From Shigella phage vB_SflM_004: a DNA stretch of 64,000 bases. The stretch lies in the sequence record MK295205; one strand, written 5' to 3'. Shown piece by piece: positions 9,950-18,104 of this stretch (position 1 is its first letter; every line of letters begins with the position of its first letter). The notes under the pieces are model-generated. The model worked only from the letters and a program-made list of their open reading frames with translations, did not search any database and had not been told where the DNA came from. Made by a program: the position numbers and the translations under genes.

Positions 9950-10030
9950 TTTAGAATCTCCTAATTTAAGGACTTTATTTAGTAGGGAGGTTATTGCCTC
10001 CCCGTTGATGAGTAATTTAATCTATCTAAA
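9950..10030 (-). promoter_or_regulatory. intergenic hairpin+RBS element, family 1
   Basis: GGGAGGttattgCCTCCCC hairpin variant. Confidence 0.5.
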
Positions 10031-10049
10031 AATCAGTGTCAACATCTTT

Positions 10050-10457
10050 TTAAAGTTCTGCGTAGATTGCATCACAGACATCACGGAAATCATGATTTGT
10101 TAAGTTACGTTGTAACCAAGTGGCAAAGAAATCAGCGATTGCAAAATTAGCGTCATACTCGACGGATAGCCACACTTTAACAGCAAATCGGAACATCTTT
10201 AAATCAAGCTCTTTATTCATTACCTTTGATTTGCCTAACATGTCGGCCATCTCATGTTGTGCACCGTCTAGCGTGATACCGGCTGCAACGTCAGCCAATG
10301 AGTTTTTTACGCTTTCAACGTCTAAGATAATACTTTGAATCTTCCCAATAATGTTTTGCAGTGTTTCATCTGGTGCTGATGATGTGATAACATTAATCCG
10401 GTTGACGGTCAAACGTGCTTTTAAGATAGATAACTCTTTACGATTATTAATAGCCAT
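10050..10457 (-). CDS. hypothetical early protein
   Basis: 135-aa ORF; element RBS. Confidence 0.5.
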   Translation of the reverse strand: MAINNRKELSILKARLTVNRINVITSSAPDETLQNIIGKIQSIILDVESVKNSLADVAAGITLDGAQHEMADMLGKSKVMNKELDLKMFRFAVKVWLSVEYDANFAIADFFATWLQRNLTNHDFRDVCDAIYAEL

Positions 10458-10545
10458 TTTTGAATCTCCAATTTAGGATTTAGTGGTAAAGCTCTTTATC
10501 TGGGGCTTACTTTATCGAACTATAAGCCCCTTGTAAAGTACTTTA
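10458..10545 (-). promoter_or_regulatory. intergenic hairpin+RBS element, family 2
   Basis: Near-identical to 9328-9412. Confidence 0.5.
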
Positions 10546-10818
10546 TTAGGCTAAATGCAGCTTTTTGCCTTTTACTATGATGTAACTTGATGCGCTATTG
10601 CCGCATACATCTTGATAAATTCTACGCAAACGGCCTTCGTAGTATACTTTCCAGCTAGTTGGAATCTTTTTCCCGTATCCGGTAGCAGTTTTTTGGAATC
10701 CTGCAAGTTGCCAATCCAAAATGTGCTGTTCAGCTTGTAAATCCTCGAAGTGCATTACACCGTTTACATAGTGGCGTAGGGTTACGTTTAAGGTGCGACC
10801 GTTGTTAGTAGTGTACAT
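10546..10818 (-). CDS. hypothetical early protein
   Basis: 90-aa ORF; element RBS. Confidence 0.5.
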   Translation of the reverse strand: MYTTNNGRTLNVTLRHYVNGVMHFEDLQAEQHILDWQLAGFQKTATGYGKKIPTSWKVYYEGRLRRIYQDVCGNSASSYIIVKGKKLHLA

Positions 10819-10895
10819 TTTTAGAATCTCCTAGTTTAAGGATTTTATTTAGTGGGGAAGGTCATTCCCTCCCCGTTGATGTGTAATTTAACCTA
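10819..10895 (-). promoter_or_regulatory. intergenic hairpin+RBS element, family 1
   Basis: GGGGAAGGtcattCCCTCCCC copy. Confidence 0.5.
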
Positions 10896-10909
10896 TCTAA
10901 AAATCAGTG

Positions 10910-11248
10910 TCAAACACTTTGTTTTCGTTTGCTCAATTGTATATCTTGAACAATTACAGCGTGATAGTCTTTCAAGTCACTGATGTTTAAAGCATTTATC
11001 AGAGAATTATAATCATCAACTAACTGGAAATCATCTTTGAAGATGTCACTTATCTGATAGGTTTTCGCTTTATATCTGAAGCTCATCTCTAGCCGCTTTA
11101 TTTGCTCATCACTTAAACGCCCTAGAAAGCTCTCTACAAGGTTATTGCTAACTTGCTGTGTGATTGCCTTATTTGCTAGATTATAGGCTTTATATGCCTT
11201 ATATAGCGCGAAAATGGCAATGATTGCAGTGATACCAGTCATTAACAT
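10910..11248 (-). CDS. hypothetical membrane protein
   Basis: 112 aa; N-terminal hydrophobic helix MLMTGITAIIAIFALY; GAGGA RBS. Confidence 0.5.
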   Translation of the reverse strand: MLMTGITAIIAIFALYKAYKAYNLANKAITQQVSNNLVESFLGRLSDEQIKRLEMSFRYKAKTYQISDIFKDDFQLVDDYNSLINALNISDLKDYHAVIVQDIQLSKRKQSV

Positions 11249-11538
11249 GGTGTTTCCTCTTTACGTGATACTTTGCCATTTACAGTTATCTCATAGGATT
11301 CTAATAAATCGCTTTTAGACTTTACAGGACTTTTAAAAGTATCATCATAAACATTAATTTGCAATACAGGCTTTTTATACTCCCTGCAACTATTCCATAA
11401 GCAAATCACTACACGACGGCCTTTTATTTTGCCGTGTAACCATTCCATAACATCATGACTATTCCTTGATGTCTCTATAAAATCAATTTTGTTGAGTAAT
11501 TTGCTAAGGTTTTCCCTAACTTTATTTGACAATTTCAT
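11242..11538 (-). CDS. hypothetical early protein
   Basis: 98-aa ORF; element RBS. Confidence 0.5.
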   Translation of the reverse strand: MKLSNKVRENLSKLLNKIDFIETSRNSHDVMEWLHGKIKGRRVVICLWNSCREYKKPVLQINVYDDTFKSPVKSKSDLLESYEITVNGKVSRKEETPC

Positions 11539-11626
11539 CTTTGAATCTCCTAGTTTAAGGGTTAATTTGATAAATCTCTTTATCTGGGGCTTAAGATATC
11601 AACTTTTAAGCCCCCTGTAAAGTACT
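11539..11626 (-). promoter_or_regulatory. intergenic hairpin+RBS element, family 2
   Basis: GGGGCTTAagatatcaacttttAAGCCCC variant. Confidence 0.45.
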
Positions 11627-11932
11627 TTAGATATTAAAGATATTCATAACAGAATCTTTCAAGGCTTCTAAACGTTCCATTACTTCAGATTCTCCATCGG
11701 AGTTCGACACTTCCTCTTCTAATCGTGAATCTAAATCTTCCCCGTCAAGATAGCACCAATCGAAGCCATAAGCAAGAGAAAAGCTATTTAATACTGTATT
11801 ACCTTCTTTATCTTCTACCTTTGCAAATAGCACGTAGCTGTTAGCCTCTAAATCTCTTTGTAATTCATCTTGTAAGCTCTTGTAAGCCTCTATAGATGGA
11901 TTTTCGCGGCCTTGTTTAGCATAATCACTCAT
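11627..11932 (-). CDS. hypothetical strongly acidic small protein
   Basis: ORF 11627-11935 starts on TTG; first ATG at 11932; very Asp/Glu-rich (EEEVSNSDGESEVMERLEALKD). Confidence 0.45.
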   Translation of the reverse strand: MSDYAKQGRENPSIEAYKSLQDELQRDLEANSYVLFAKVEDKEGNTVLNSFSLAYGFDWCYLDGEDLDSRLEEEVSNSDGESEVMERLEALKDSVMNIFNI

Positions 11933-12203
11933 CAATTGTGAAAGGCTGTAATGCTGTGGAATTGCATATTTGTACCCGTTACGCTCTGGATTTTTAAGTT
12001 TGATTGTAACCCCGCCTTTGTGCTCATCAGTTAATTTTCAGCTTTGCATACAATGGGATGCTTCACAAATATTGAATTTTTCTTTTTGAACTTCAAAGGT
12101 AGCTTCAACAAAATTCATTTTAACCTCTCATTGTACGAATGGGGGATGTTAAGGCTATGCGTCTAAATCTTATCTAACTATAAACCCCATGTAAAGCACT
12201 TTA

Positions 12204-12461
12204 TCAGATTAAATTGTCAGTTAATGATAAGTGCATTTTATATGCCTTTTTCGTGTATACATTTGTCTTCCCGATAGTGCTTACGCATGTAAAAAGGTTT
12301 ATCGGTGAATTTTTTAGCTTCAACTGTTTATCAACCTTTACGCCCCATCTTACAGCAGATTGTTTTCCGTTGTCAATCACTTTTCCGCATAACTTTTTAG
12401 CCATAACGCGAGCGTCATCACGAGTTTTTGCAGCAATTACAACGTTTTTGATAATAGCCAT
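12204..12461 (-). CDS. hypothetical early protein
   Basis: ORF 12204-12476 starts on TTG; ATG at 12461 (MAIIKNVV) with GGAG RBS. Confidence 0.5.
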   Translation of the reverse strand: MAIIKNVVIAAKTRDDARVMAKKLCGKVIDNGKQSAVRWGVKVDKQLKLKNSPINLFTCVSTIGKTNVYTKKAYKMHLSLTDNLI

Positions 12462-12476
12462 TTTTAAGTTCTCCAA

Positions 12477-12552
12477 TTTAGGTTATTTAGTGGTAAAGCT
12501 CTTTATCTGGGGCTTACTTTATCGAACTATAAGCCCCTTGTAAAGTACTTTA
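12477..12552 (-). promoter_or_regulatory. intergenic hairpin+RBS element, family 2
   Basis: Family-2 consensus copy. Confidence 0.5.
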
Positions 12553-12933
12553 TCAGTTAATTTTGAAAATTGTCACATAGCCGTCACTGCCGATTATTTG
12601 AGACACTCCAGCTTTTTCCACTGAATAGCCCATATTTTCAAGATGATAAGCAGCATCATCATAACCATATGCGCCACCCTGATAACGTCTCTTATCGCAT
12701 CTTATCAGGTTTTTACCACGTCCTGCAAGTGCATTCAGTACGGCTTTTTCACTTGATAGCGTACCATCTAACATGGTTGCCGTGTAATGGTTGATTTTAT
12801 TCCCGTTAATATCATACTTAAAATTGAATGCGTGAACAACAATCAATTTGCCGTTAAATTTTTCATCAAGTGACTTCTCCAGTACATTGCGAAAGTTGTC
12901 TTTATTGATAAATTTCGGTGCGCGATAAGCCAT
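12553..12933 (-). CDS. hypothetical early protein
   Basis: 126-aa ORF; element RBS. Confidence 0.5.
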   Translation of the reverse strand: MAYRAPKFINKDNFRNVLEKSLDEKFNGKLIVVHAFNFKYDINGNKINHYTATMLDGTLSSEKAVLNALAGRGKNLIRCDKRRYQGGAYGYDDAAYHLENMGYSVEKAGVSQIIGSDGYVTIFKIN

Positions 12934-13022
12934 TTTTGAATCTCCTAGTTTAAGGTTAGTTAGTAAAGCTCTTTATCTGGGGCTTACTTTATCGAACTAT
13001 AAGCCCCTTGTAAAGTACTTTT
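12934..13022 (-). promoter_or_regulatory. intergenic hairpin+RBS element, family 2, overlapping the 3-prime end of the upstream gene
   Basis: Family-2 consensus; the hairpin encodes the last codons of ORF 12984-13181. Confidence 0.45.
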
Positions 13023-13181
13023 TGCAATAATTTTTATAAAATCTTTCATGGTTATTTTGTCGCTATTTGTAAGGGCTATACAGTCATTACCCATAGCAGA
13101 CTTATAGAGATAGAAGACTTTACCAATTTTTGGGTATCCGTCTAAATCTTTGTATTGTATTAAATCGTTTTCTTTAATCAT
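12984..13181 (-). CDS. hypothetical early protein
   Basis: ORF 12984-13187 starts on TTG; ATG at 13181 (MIKENDL). Confidence 0.45.
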   Translation of the reverse strand: MIKENDLIQYKDLDGYPKIGKVFYLYKSAMGNDCIALTNSDKITMKDFIKIIAKSTLQGAYSSIK

Positions 13182-13183
13182 TG

Positions 13184-13402
13184 TCAAGCCTTTTTAAATT
13201 TATCGTAGTAGTAAATCGCTGTCTGCCTTGTAAAATTCCGTGTAGTTCTTGTCAGATAGCAATTCGAATTAATAGCTGTTTCTACATAGTTGCAATAATC
13301 GGCTTCTGATATTCTAGACCATACGCCACAGATTTGCATGTAAAAACGTTTTGCCTTTGTGTTAACGTTAGTTGTAACCATCAATTCACGACTATACAGC
13401 AT
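13184..13402 (-). CDS. hypothetical early protein
   Basis: 72-aa ORF; ggagaatccaaaaATG start. Confidence 0.45.
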   Translation of the reverse strand: MLYSRELMVTTNVNTKAKRFYMQICGVWSRISEADYCNYVETAINSNCYLTRTTRNFTRQTAIYYYDKFKKA

Positions 13403-13922
13403 TTTTGGATTCTCCAGTTTAGGAAGTGGGCTGTCTTGCCCGTCTGATGCAAATATTAAATAACCATAGTCAAAGAGTCAATAGGAATTTTAAAAATATT
13501 TTTGCAAAAAACTGTAATGAAACGGGCGCACGCGACTACCACAAAACAGAAATATAATCAAGAATTATTTTTCAATCCGCTACAAATTTTTCTGTTGACT
13601 TTTATTTCCAGATGTGGTATTTTTGTGAGAAATGGCGACATCCCCACCTGCACCCACCTACCTGCACAATTCTAAAATGATTTTTCTTGCCCGACCTGAG
13701 CGGGGTCTGCACGTTTTGAAAATAAAAAAGCTCTTTGGAGATTATCTGCACAGTTTGAAAATGAATTTTCTCTTTGGAGTTCAAAATTTTCTCTACAGAT
13801 TTCTGTCCAGAGTTCTATGCAACTCTACCTGCACAATCCTGAAATGAAAAAGCCCTCCTTACCTGAAAAATTTAACCCAGATAAGAAAGGCTTAACCTAT
13901 TGTGAATATTCTACAGAGTTTC
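13403..13922. promoter_or_regulatory. gene-free control region with repeated ctacctgcacaatYctRaaatga motifs
   Basis: Motif at ~13656 and ~13826 with related ctgcaca repeats between; only short ORFs, probably spurious. Confidence 0.35.
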
Positions 13923-14717
13923 TTAGTTCTTTGCGTCTAAGAAGGTTACTTCCGGTGAAGAGAAAATTTCCTCAACATCCTCATCAGTTCTTGCATAGAT
14001 ATATGTATCTGCATCACTGCCAAATGTTACTGCAATCCTGTGATTGCTCTTTGACAGGTGGGTAACTAGAGCGTTACTTAGAGACATCTTTTCAACCGGA
14101 GGGTTACTTTGATGTATCTTGCCTTTTCTTCGTCTGAAGAGGGTAACTATATCATCTGTGAACACAACTACACCTGCAAAGTATTCTGGTTCACAGTAGT
14201 TCTTCCAACCTGAGCCAGGACTAGGTAACTTGTGGTACATCTCTCCTTCATAGACATACAGATACACATCTACACTCTTCATCACCTGATTTATGATGAC
14301 TGTGACGGCTTGAGAGTCTAGTCCACCGATACCTGCACCAATCATAGGTAACCCAACTTTCTTCAACTGATTGACTTCACAGTATCTGTTTAATTGTTTC
14401 AAAGATGATTCTAAAGCACTGTATCGGGCATCTTTACCAGTCTTAAGCTGAGTGTAAAGGTTAGCTATACGGCCTTGTTCTAAACGTGCTACAGAGAAAT
14501 TCCCTAGTAAATTTTCACAGGGTTTGTGACCTATGCCACCTGCATACAGATAAACTTCTGTATCGGTTTCATATGCTTTTGGGTAAAGTTTGGAAATCTT
14601 GTCAGCGATACCTGCACCCATTAAGTTCATACAGTTGCAACCGTGGCCAATGATATCAAACTTACCTTTATCAAATGCGGAGAAGATATCCCCATTGATG
14701 ATTTTTACAATACCCAT
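13923..14717 (-). CDS. macro-domain protein (ADP-ribose binding/processing) with a C-terminal extension of ~100 aa
   Basis: N-terminal IINGDIF...GHGCNCMNLMGAGIA and second Gly loop PMIGAGIGGL match macro-domain ligand-binding loops; GGGAGAGA RBS. Confidence 0.6.
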   Translation of the reverse strand: MGIVKIINGDIFSAFDKGKFDIIGHGCNCMNLMGAGIADKISKLYPKAYETDTEVYLYAGGIGHKPCENLLGNFSVARLEQGRIANLYTQLKTGKDARYSALESSLKQLNRYCEVNQLKKVGLPMIGAGIGGLDSQAVTVIINQVMKSVDVYLYVYEGEMYHKLPSPGSGWKNYCEPEYFAGVVVFTDDIVTLFRRRKGKIHQSNPPVEKMSLSNALVTHLSKSNHRIAVTFGSDADTYIYARTDEDVEEIFSSPEVTFLDAKN

Positions 14718-15167
14718 TTAGCATCTCTCCCAAGATTCTTTATCTTCTGAAGGTTTTACACGTTGTCCTTCGTGGTCTACCCAGATACATCCACAACCTT
14801 CACAGATTACTGGCATTGCATAGCCAGCTTTAAAGTCATCTTCAGTGATAAGACCTTTTAAGTCTCCTGTATCACGCCCGAACATTTCGATAGCACAATC
14901 TTTGCAGAAGTCAGCCATGAATAATTGCCTCTTGAATGATGATACCTTTGCCACAACGACTTTTGAAGTCTTCCAATGGTCAAGTTCCTCTGTGAGATGA
15001 AGCCACGCAATATAGTGGCAATAACTAAATGCTAATTTTTCCCTGTAGGCTATCACATCATTTTTATAGATTCGTGCTGTAAATGGAATCACTTTATTCC
15101 TTCCAATGAATACTGCTGACCGGATAATTTTCCGTGTCTTTTTATCTCTGGCTAGAATTACTCTCAT
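14718..15167 (-). CDS. hypothetical protein with C-terminal Cys-rich (zinc-ribbon-like) region
   Basis: 149-aa ORF; CKDC...CEGCGC cysteine pairs; start uncertain (internal MADFCKDC possible). Confidence 0.4.
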   Translation of the reverse strand: MRVILARDKKTRKIIRSAVFIGRNKVIPFTARIYKNDVIAYREKLAFSYCHYIAWLHLTEELDHWKTSKVVVAKVSSFKRQLFMADFCKDCAIEMFGRDTGDLKGLITEDDFKAGYAMPVICEGCGCIWVDHEGQRVKPSEDKESWERC

Positions 15168-15468
15168 AATTTACCTTCTCAGTCAGTTCATACAAGTCAA
15201 CATGTTCAATGCTATCAATGTTGATACCAATCTTTTTGAAGCGTTCTATCACTTCGTTGTCAGTCATCCATATCAGACACCAATGATTGTGGATGGATTC
15301 TTCAAGGAGGTCAACACAATCTTTAAAAGTTTTTGTATCACTCCTTGTTCCGACTACTGCGATTGTCCCATACAACCACTTACCATTACCATAAGATACT
15401 TGTGCTACGCCAACTTCTTTATCTTTCTCGTAGTAAACGGCTACAAAGTCTCTTCCATTAATCTGCAT
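15142..15468 (-). CDS. hypothetical protein
   Basis: 108-aa ORF with GAGGG RBS. Confidence 0.45.
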   Translation of the reverse strand: MQINGRDFVAVYYEKDKEVGVAQVSYGNGKWLYGTIAVVGTRSDTKTFKDCVDLLEESIHNHWCLIWMTDNEVIERFKKIGINIDSIEHVDLYELTEKVNYESNSSQR

Positions 15469-15477
15469 AGTTAACCC

Positions 15478-15747
15478 TCACTTCCTCGTTTTAAGAACTG
15501 CTAAGATTTCTTTAGAATCTGGTAAGAACCATGTGTAGTGATTTTCTTTGATTTCTGGATGGGTGTCAACCTTTATTTTGCACTCTTTACCAACGTGCTT
15601 AAGCTGTGCTGTGACACCTTGCATAAAGATATGACACATCACATTATCCATAATGGTTGGTAAGAAGTCAATTCGCATATAAGTTTCTTTTGGTCGTGGT
15701 AACAGTAAGTAACCTTCTACGTAAAAAGTATCTTCATTCTCTGTCAT
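15478..15747 (-). CDS. hypothetical protein
   Basis: 89-aa ORF with AGGAAA RBS. Confidence 0.45.
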   Translation of the reverse strand: MTENEDTFYVEGYLLLPRPKETYMRIDFLPTIMDNVMCHIFMQGVTAQLKHVGKECKIKVDTHPEIKENHYTWFLPDSKEILAVLKTRK

Positions 15748-16013
15748 TGCTGTTTATTTCCTAATAAAATCATATCAATAAGGTTATTAGCTTTGATTGT
15801 GCACTGGTAAAAACCATCACGATAAAACTCAAGGGCTTCTGCCACATCACTACCAGTATTACCTTTAATGATATACCGTGATTCTTCTTGAGTGTACTTG
15901 TCACTCTCACTTACTTGGGAGTTTTTGAATGTACTGTTCATTTTGTTCGTTGAACACCCTGACATAATTATCAGTAACACAAACATTATAAAACTCTGGC
16001 TTAGTTTTTTCAT
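15744..16013 (-). CDS. putative o-spanin (outer-membrane lipoprotein)
   Basis: Signal peptide ending in the lipobox-like IMSGC; start lies inside the 3-prime end of the upstream membrane-protein gene in another frame. Confidence 0.5.
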   Translation of the reverse strand: MKKLSQSFIMFVLLIIMSGCSTNKMNSTFKNSQVSESDKYTQEESRYIIKGNTGSDVAEALEFYRDGFYQCTIKANNLIDMILLGNKQQ

Positions 16014-16254
16014 ATGTTAGTACCTCTTTTGTGTGCTTATTCTTAGCAAGCACATCTTTCAAATCATTTTTGTAATTGGTGCTGAGTGTGGCTAAACCTT
16101 CCTGATAAGCATCTTTAGCAACACTTATTAGTTTCTCATTGCTTAACTCAGCTTCAGCAACTTGGTAGTCTCTGTAAGAGTATCCTCCCCAGACACCTAC
16201 CCCAACTAAGAAAACAATTATGAAAGTAGCTTGACAGAACTCTTTAAATGTCAT
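15907..16254 (-). CDS. putative i-spanin (type II inner-membrane protein)
   Basis: N-terminal TM helix ATFIIVFLVGVGVWGGY, then a periplasmic region; overlaps the lipoprotein gene by ~107 nt; AGGAGA RBS. Confidence 0.5.
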   Translation of the reverse strand: MTFKEFCQATFIIVFLVGVGVWGGYSYRDYQVAEAELSNEKLISVAKDAYQEGLATLSTNYKNDLKDVLAKNKHTKEVLTYEKTKPEFYNVCVTDNYVRVFNEQNEQYIQKLPSK

Positions 16255-16273
16255 TTAACAATCTCCTGAAATG

Positions 16274-16294
16274 AAAAAGGCTCCCGAAGGAGCC
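16274..16294 (-). terminator. rho-independent terminator
   Basis: Minus strand GGCTCCttcgGGAGCC followed by TTTTT. Confidence 0.5.
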
Positions 16295-16306
16295 TGTATC
16301 TTAACC

Positions 16307-16771
16307 TTAACCGAGAACTTTAGCAAGGATATTTGCAGCCATCGAAGAAGCTTTTGCAGCAGCAACTACGCCAGCTTTGACAGTGCTATCCTTAATAGCA
16401 GATACCGTTGCAGCATCAGTAAAGAGGTAAGTGATTGTTTTAGAACCACTTGTAAAGGAAAGCATAAGAGTAGTTTCCAGATTGAAAGAGCGATACGGAG
16501 CACCTTCTTTAACGATACCTTCAGCACCTAACTCTGAAGCCTTACCCATATCATAAATAGTCATCAGGTTTTCTTTGTGTGCAGTCGTTGAACCAGCACC
16601 TTTTACGTGCTTTTTAACATTCAACAATGCGCGATATTCACGAATGCTGCCATCAGCTTTTACATTAACAGCACGAAAAATTTTACCTTCAAAGTTACCT
16701 TGAATCATTTTACGAACTACTTCAGATTTGTTTGCCGTATCGTCCAGTGCTACCGTAATGATATTGTTCAT
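16307..16771 (-). CDS. hypothetical protein
   Basis: ORF 16307-16786 starts on TTG; ATG at 16771 with GAGAGA RBS. Confidence 0.5.
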   Translation of the reverse strand: MNNIITVALDDTANKSEVVRKMIQGNFEGKIFRAVNVKADGSIREYRALLNVKKHVKGAGSTTAHKENLMTIYDMGKASELGAEGIVKEGAPYRSFNLETTLMLSFTSGSKTITYLFTDAATVSAIKDSTVKAGVVAAAKASSMAANILAKVLG

Positions 16772-16782
16772 AAGTTTTTCTC

Positions 16783-17478
16783 TCAATGTTTAACTAACAT
16801 GGTTTTAATGTGTGGAAGGATTCTGTTTACCTTCTGAACATTCTTCTCTGTATCTTCTATAAAACATACTATATTAAAGTAAGGCAGAATGCAAGATTGA
16901 ATCATCCTCACTTTCAAACTTTCTGCACTTATAGAGTTAGTTCCAAAACCACGCATAAAAAGCATGTAGTCATGCTCTATGTTATGCCTTAAGAACATCT
17001 CAGTAGGTATTCTCTGAGATTCACCTCTTGCTGTCAAGAGTCCAATGGCAGCATGATTAGCGATTGCATCAATAATACTAAAAACATACGTTGGTTTTGC
17101 TCTTACAGAGTCAAGAAGATTAGTGTACTGTGAGAATGACCCATCAGTCAATTCCGTTGAGCAATCTTCGTGATTAAAATTTGTAAGAACACCATCAATA
17201 TCTGCTAAGATGAGGTTACCTTTTTCTACAAGGTCTTTATTGACTATGACTAAACTGTCACGTCTTACACCTATAGATTGCCCCGTCTCTTTATCCACAA
17301 CGTTCACAACTGGTTGTGATGTGTGGAACTCTTCAAGTGAACATACAACTTCTCTTGCAGTATCTTCAAAATCCCTGCACTGTTCTGAAGTCCATACACA
17401 GGAATCAAGACCTAACTCATAAGGATGCAAGTCATAAGCATGACACAATACTTCATCAGACTTTCTTAATTTTTTCAT
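16783..17478 (-). CDS. HAD-family phosphatase (possible 5-prime deoxynucleotidase)
   Basis: HAD motif I LADIDGVLT (DxDG[TV]); 231 aa. Confidence 0.5.
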   Translation of the reverse strand: MKKLRKSDEVLCHAYDLHPYELGLDSCVWTSEQCRDFEDTAREVVCSLEEFHTSQPVVNVVDKETGQSIGVRRDSLVIVNKDLVEKGNLILADIDGVLTNFNHEDCSTELTDGSFSQYTNLLDSVRAKPTYVFSIIDAIANHAAIGLLTARGESQRIPTEMFLRHNIEHDYMLFMRGFGTNSISAESLKVRMIQSCILPYFNIVCFIEDTEKNVQKVNRILPHIKTMLVKH

Positions 17479-18004
17479 GATTTACCTTAGAAATGTTTGT
17501 TGCAAATTCACATTGAGCGATAACTTTCATATTGTTATAGACATCTTGAGAGTATTTCTTAGCTTTAGGTATTTTGTACGAATACCCAGCATTATATGAT
17601 GCTAAAACTTTTTGTAAAGTCTTCTTTGATTTTGGCTGACCATGTACCTTTGTCCAAAACTCAAGCTCTTTATGTGTTTCTTTTGCGGCATAATCAAAAT
17701 CTTTTAAGAGTTTCTTTTTAGCCACATTAGGACTGATTTTGTTACGCTTTACAACAGTCTTCAAGTGATTCTGGAAAATACCATAGTCATGGGTCTTTTT
17801 GTTCTCTACCTTCAGACCTAACTCTGACTCTTGTAAGGCTATAGCTGCTAGGGTGATACCCCAACCTTTACCCATATTATTCTCACCATACTGGTAAGCC
17901 TTTAACATGTTCACTTTTTGGCTAATTGATAGCTCTGGGCAGTCAACTGCATAAGCTAATTGTGCTGTAAACATTAAGCACAAACCTAGAATCAATTTCT
18001 TCAT
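17456..18004 (-). CDS. secreted lysozyme-like / lytic transglycosylase-like protein (candidate endolysin)
   Basis: N-terminal signal peptide MKKLILGLCLMFTAQLAYA; AIALQESELG resembles the SLT catalytic Glu-Ser motif. Confidence 0.45.
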   Translation of the reverse strand: MKKLILGLCLMFTAQLAYAVDCPELSISQKVNMLKAYQYGENNMGKGWGITLAAIALQESELGLKVENKKTHDYGIFQNHLKTVVKRNKISPNVAKKKLLKDFDYAAKETHKELEFWTKVHGQPKSKKTLQKVLASYNAGYSYKIPKAKKYSQDVYNNMKVIAQCEFATNISKVNHEKIKKV

Positions 18005-18061
18005 TGGTTCTCCTGTTTAGTTTATCGTGACAACAATTATACAGCACTCTGCACAAAATAC

Positions 18062-18088
18062 AAATAAAAAAGGCCGCCGAAGCAGCCT
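18062..18088 (-). terminator. rho-independent terminator
   Basis: Minus strand GGCTGCttcgGCGGCC followed by a T-run, downstream of rIIB. Confidence 0.45.
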
Positions 18089-18104
18089 TTTAAGAAATTA
18101 CTTA

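Noticed and set aside
13632-14065. Plus-strand ORFs 13632-13847 and 13817-14065 as genes
   Set aside because: They lie in or overlap a repeat-containing intergenic region and the 3-prime end of the macro-domain gene, lack an RBS, and have low-complexity translations.
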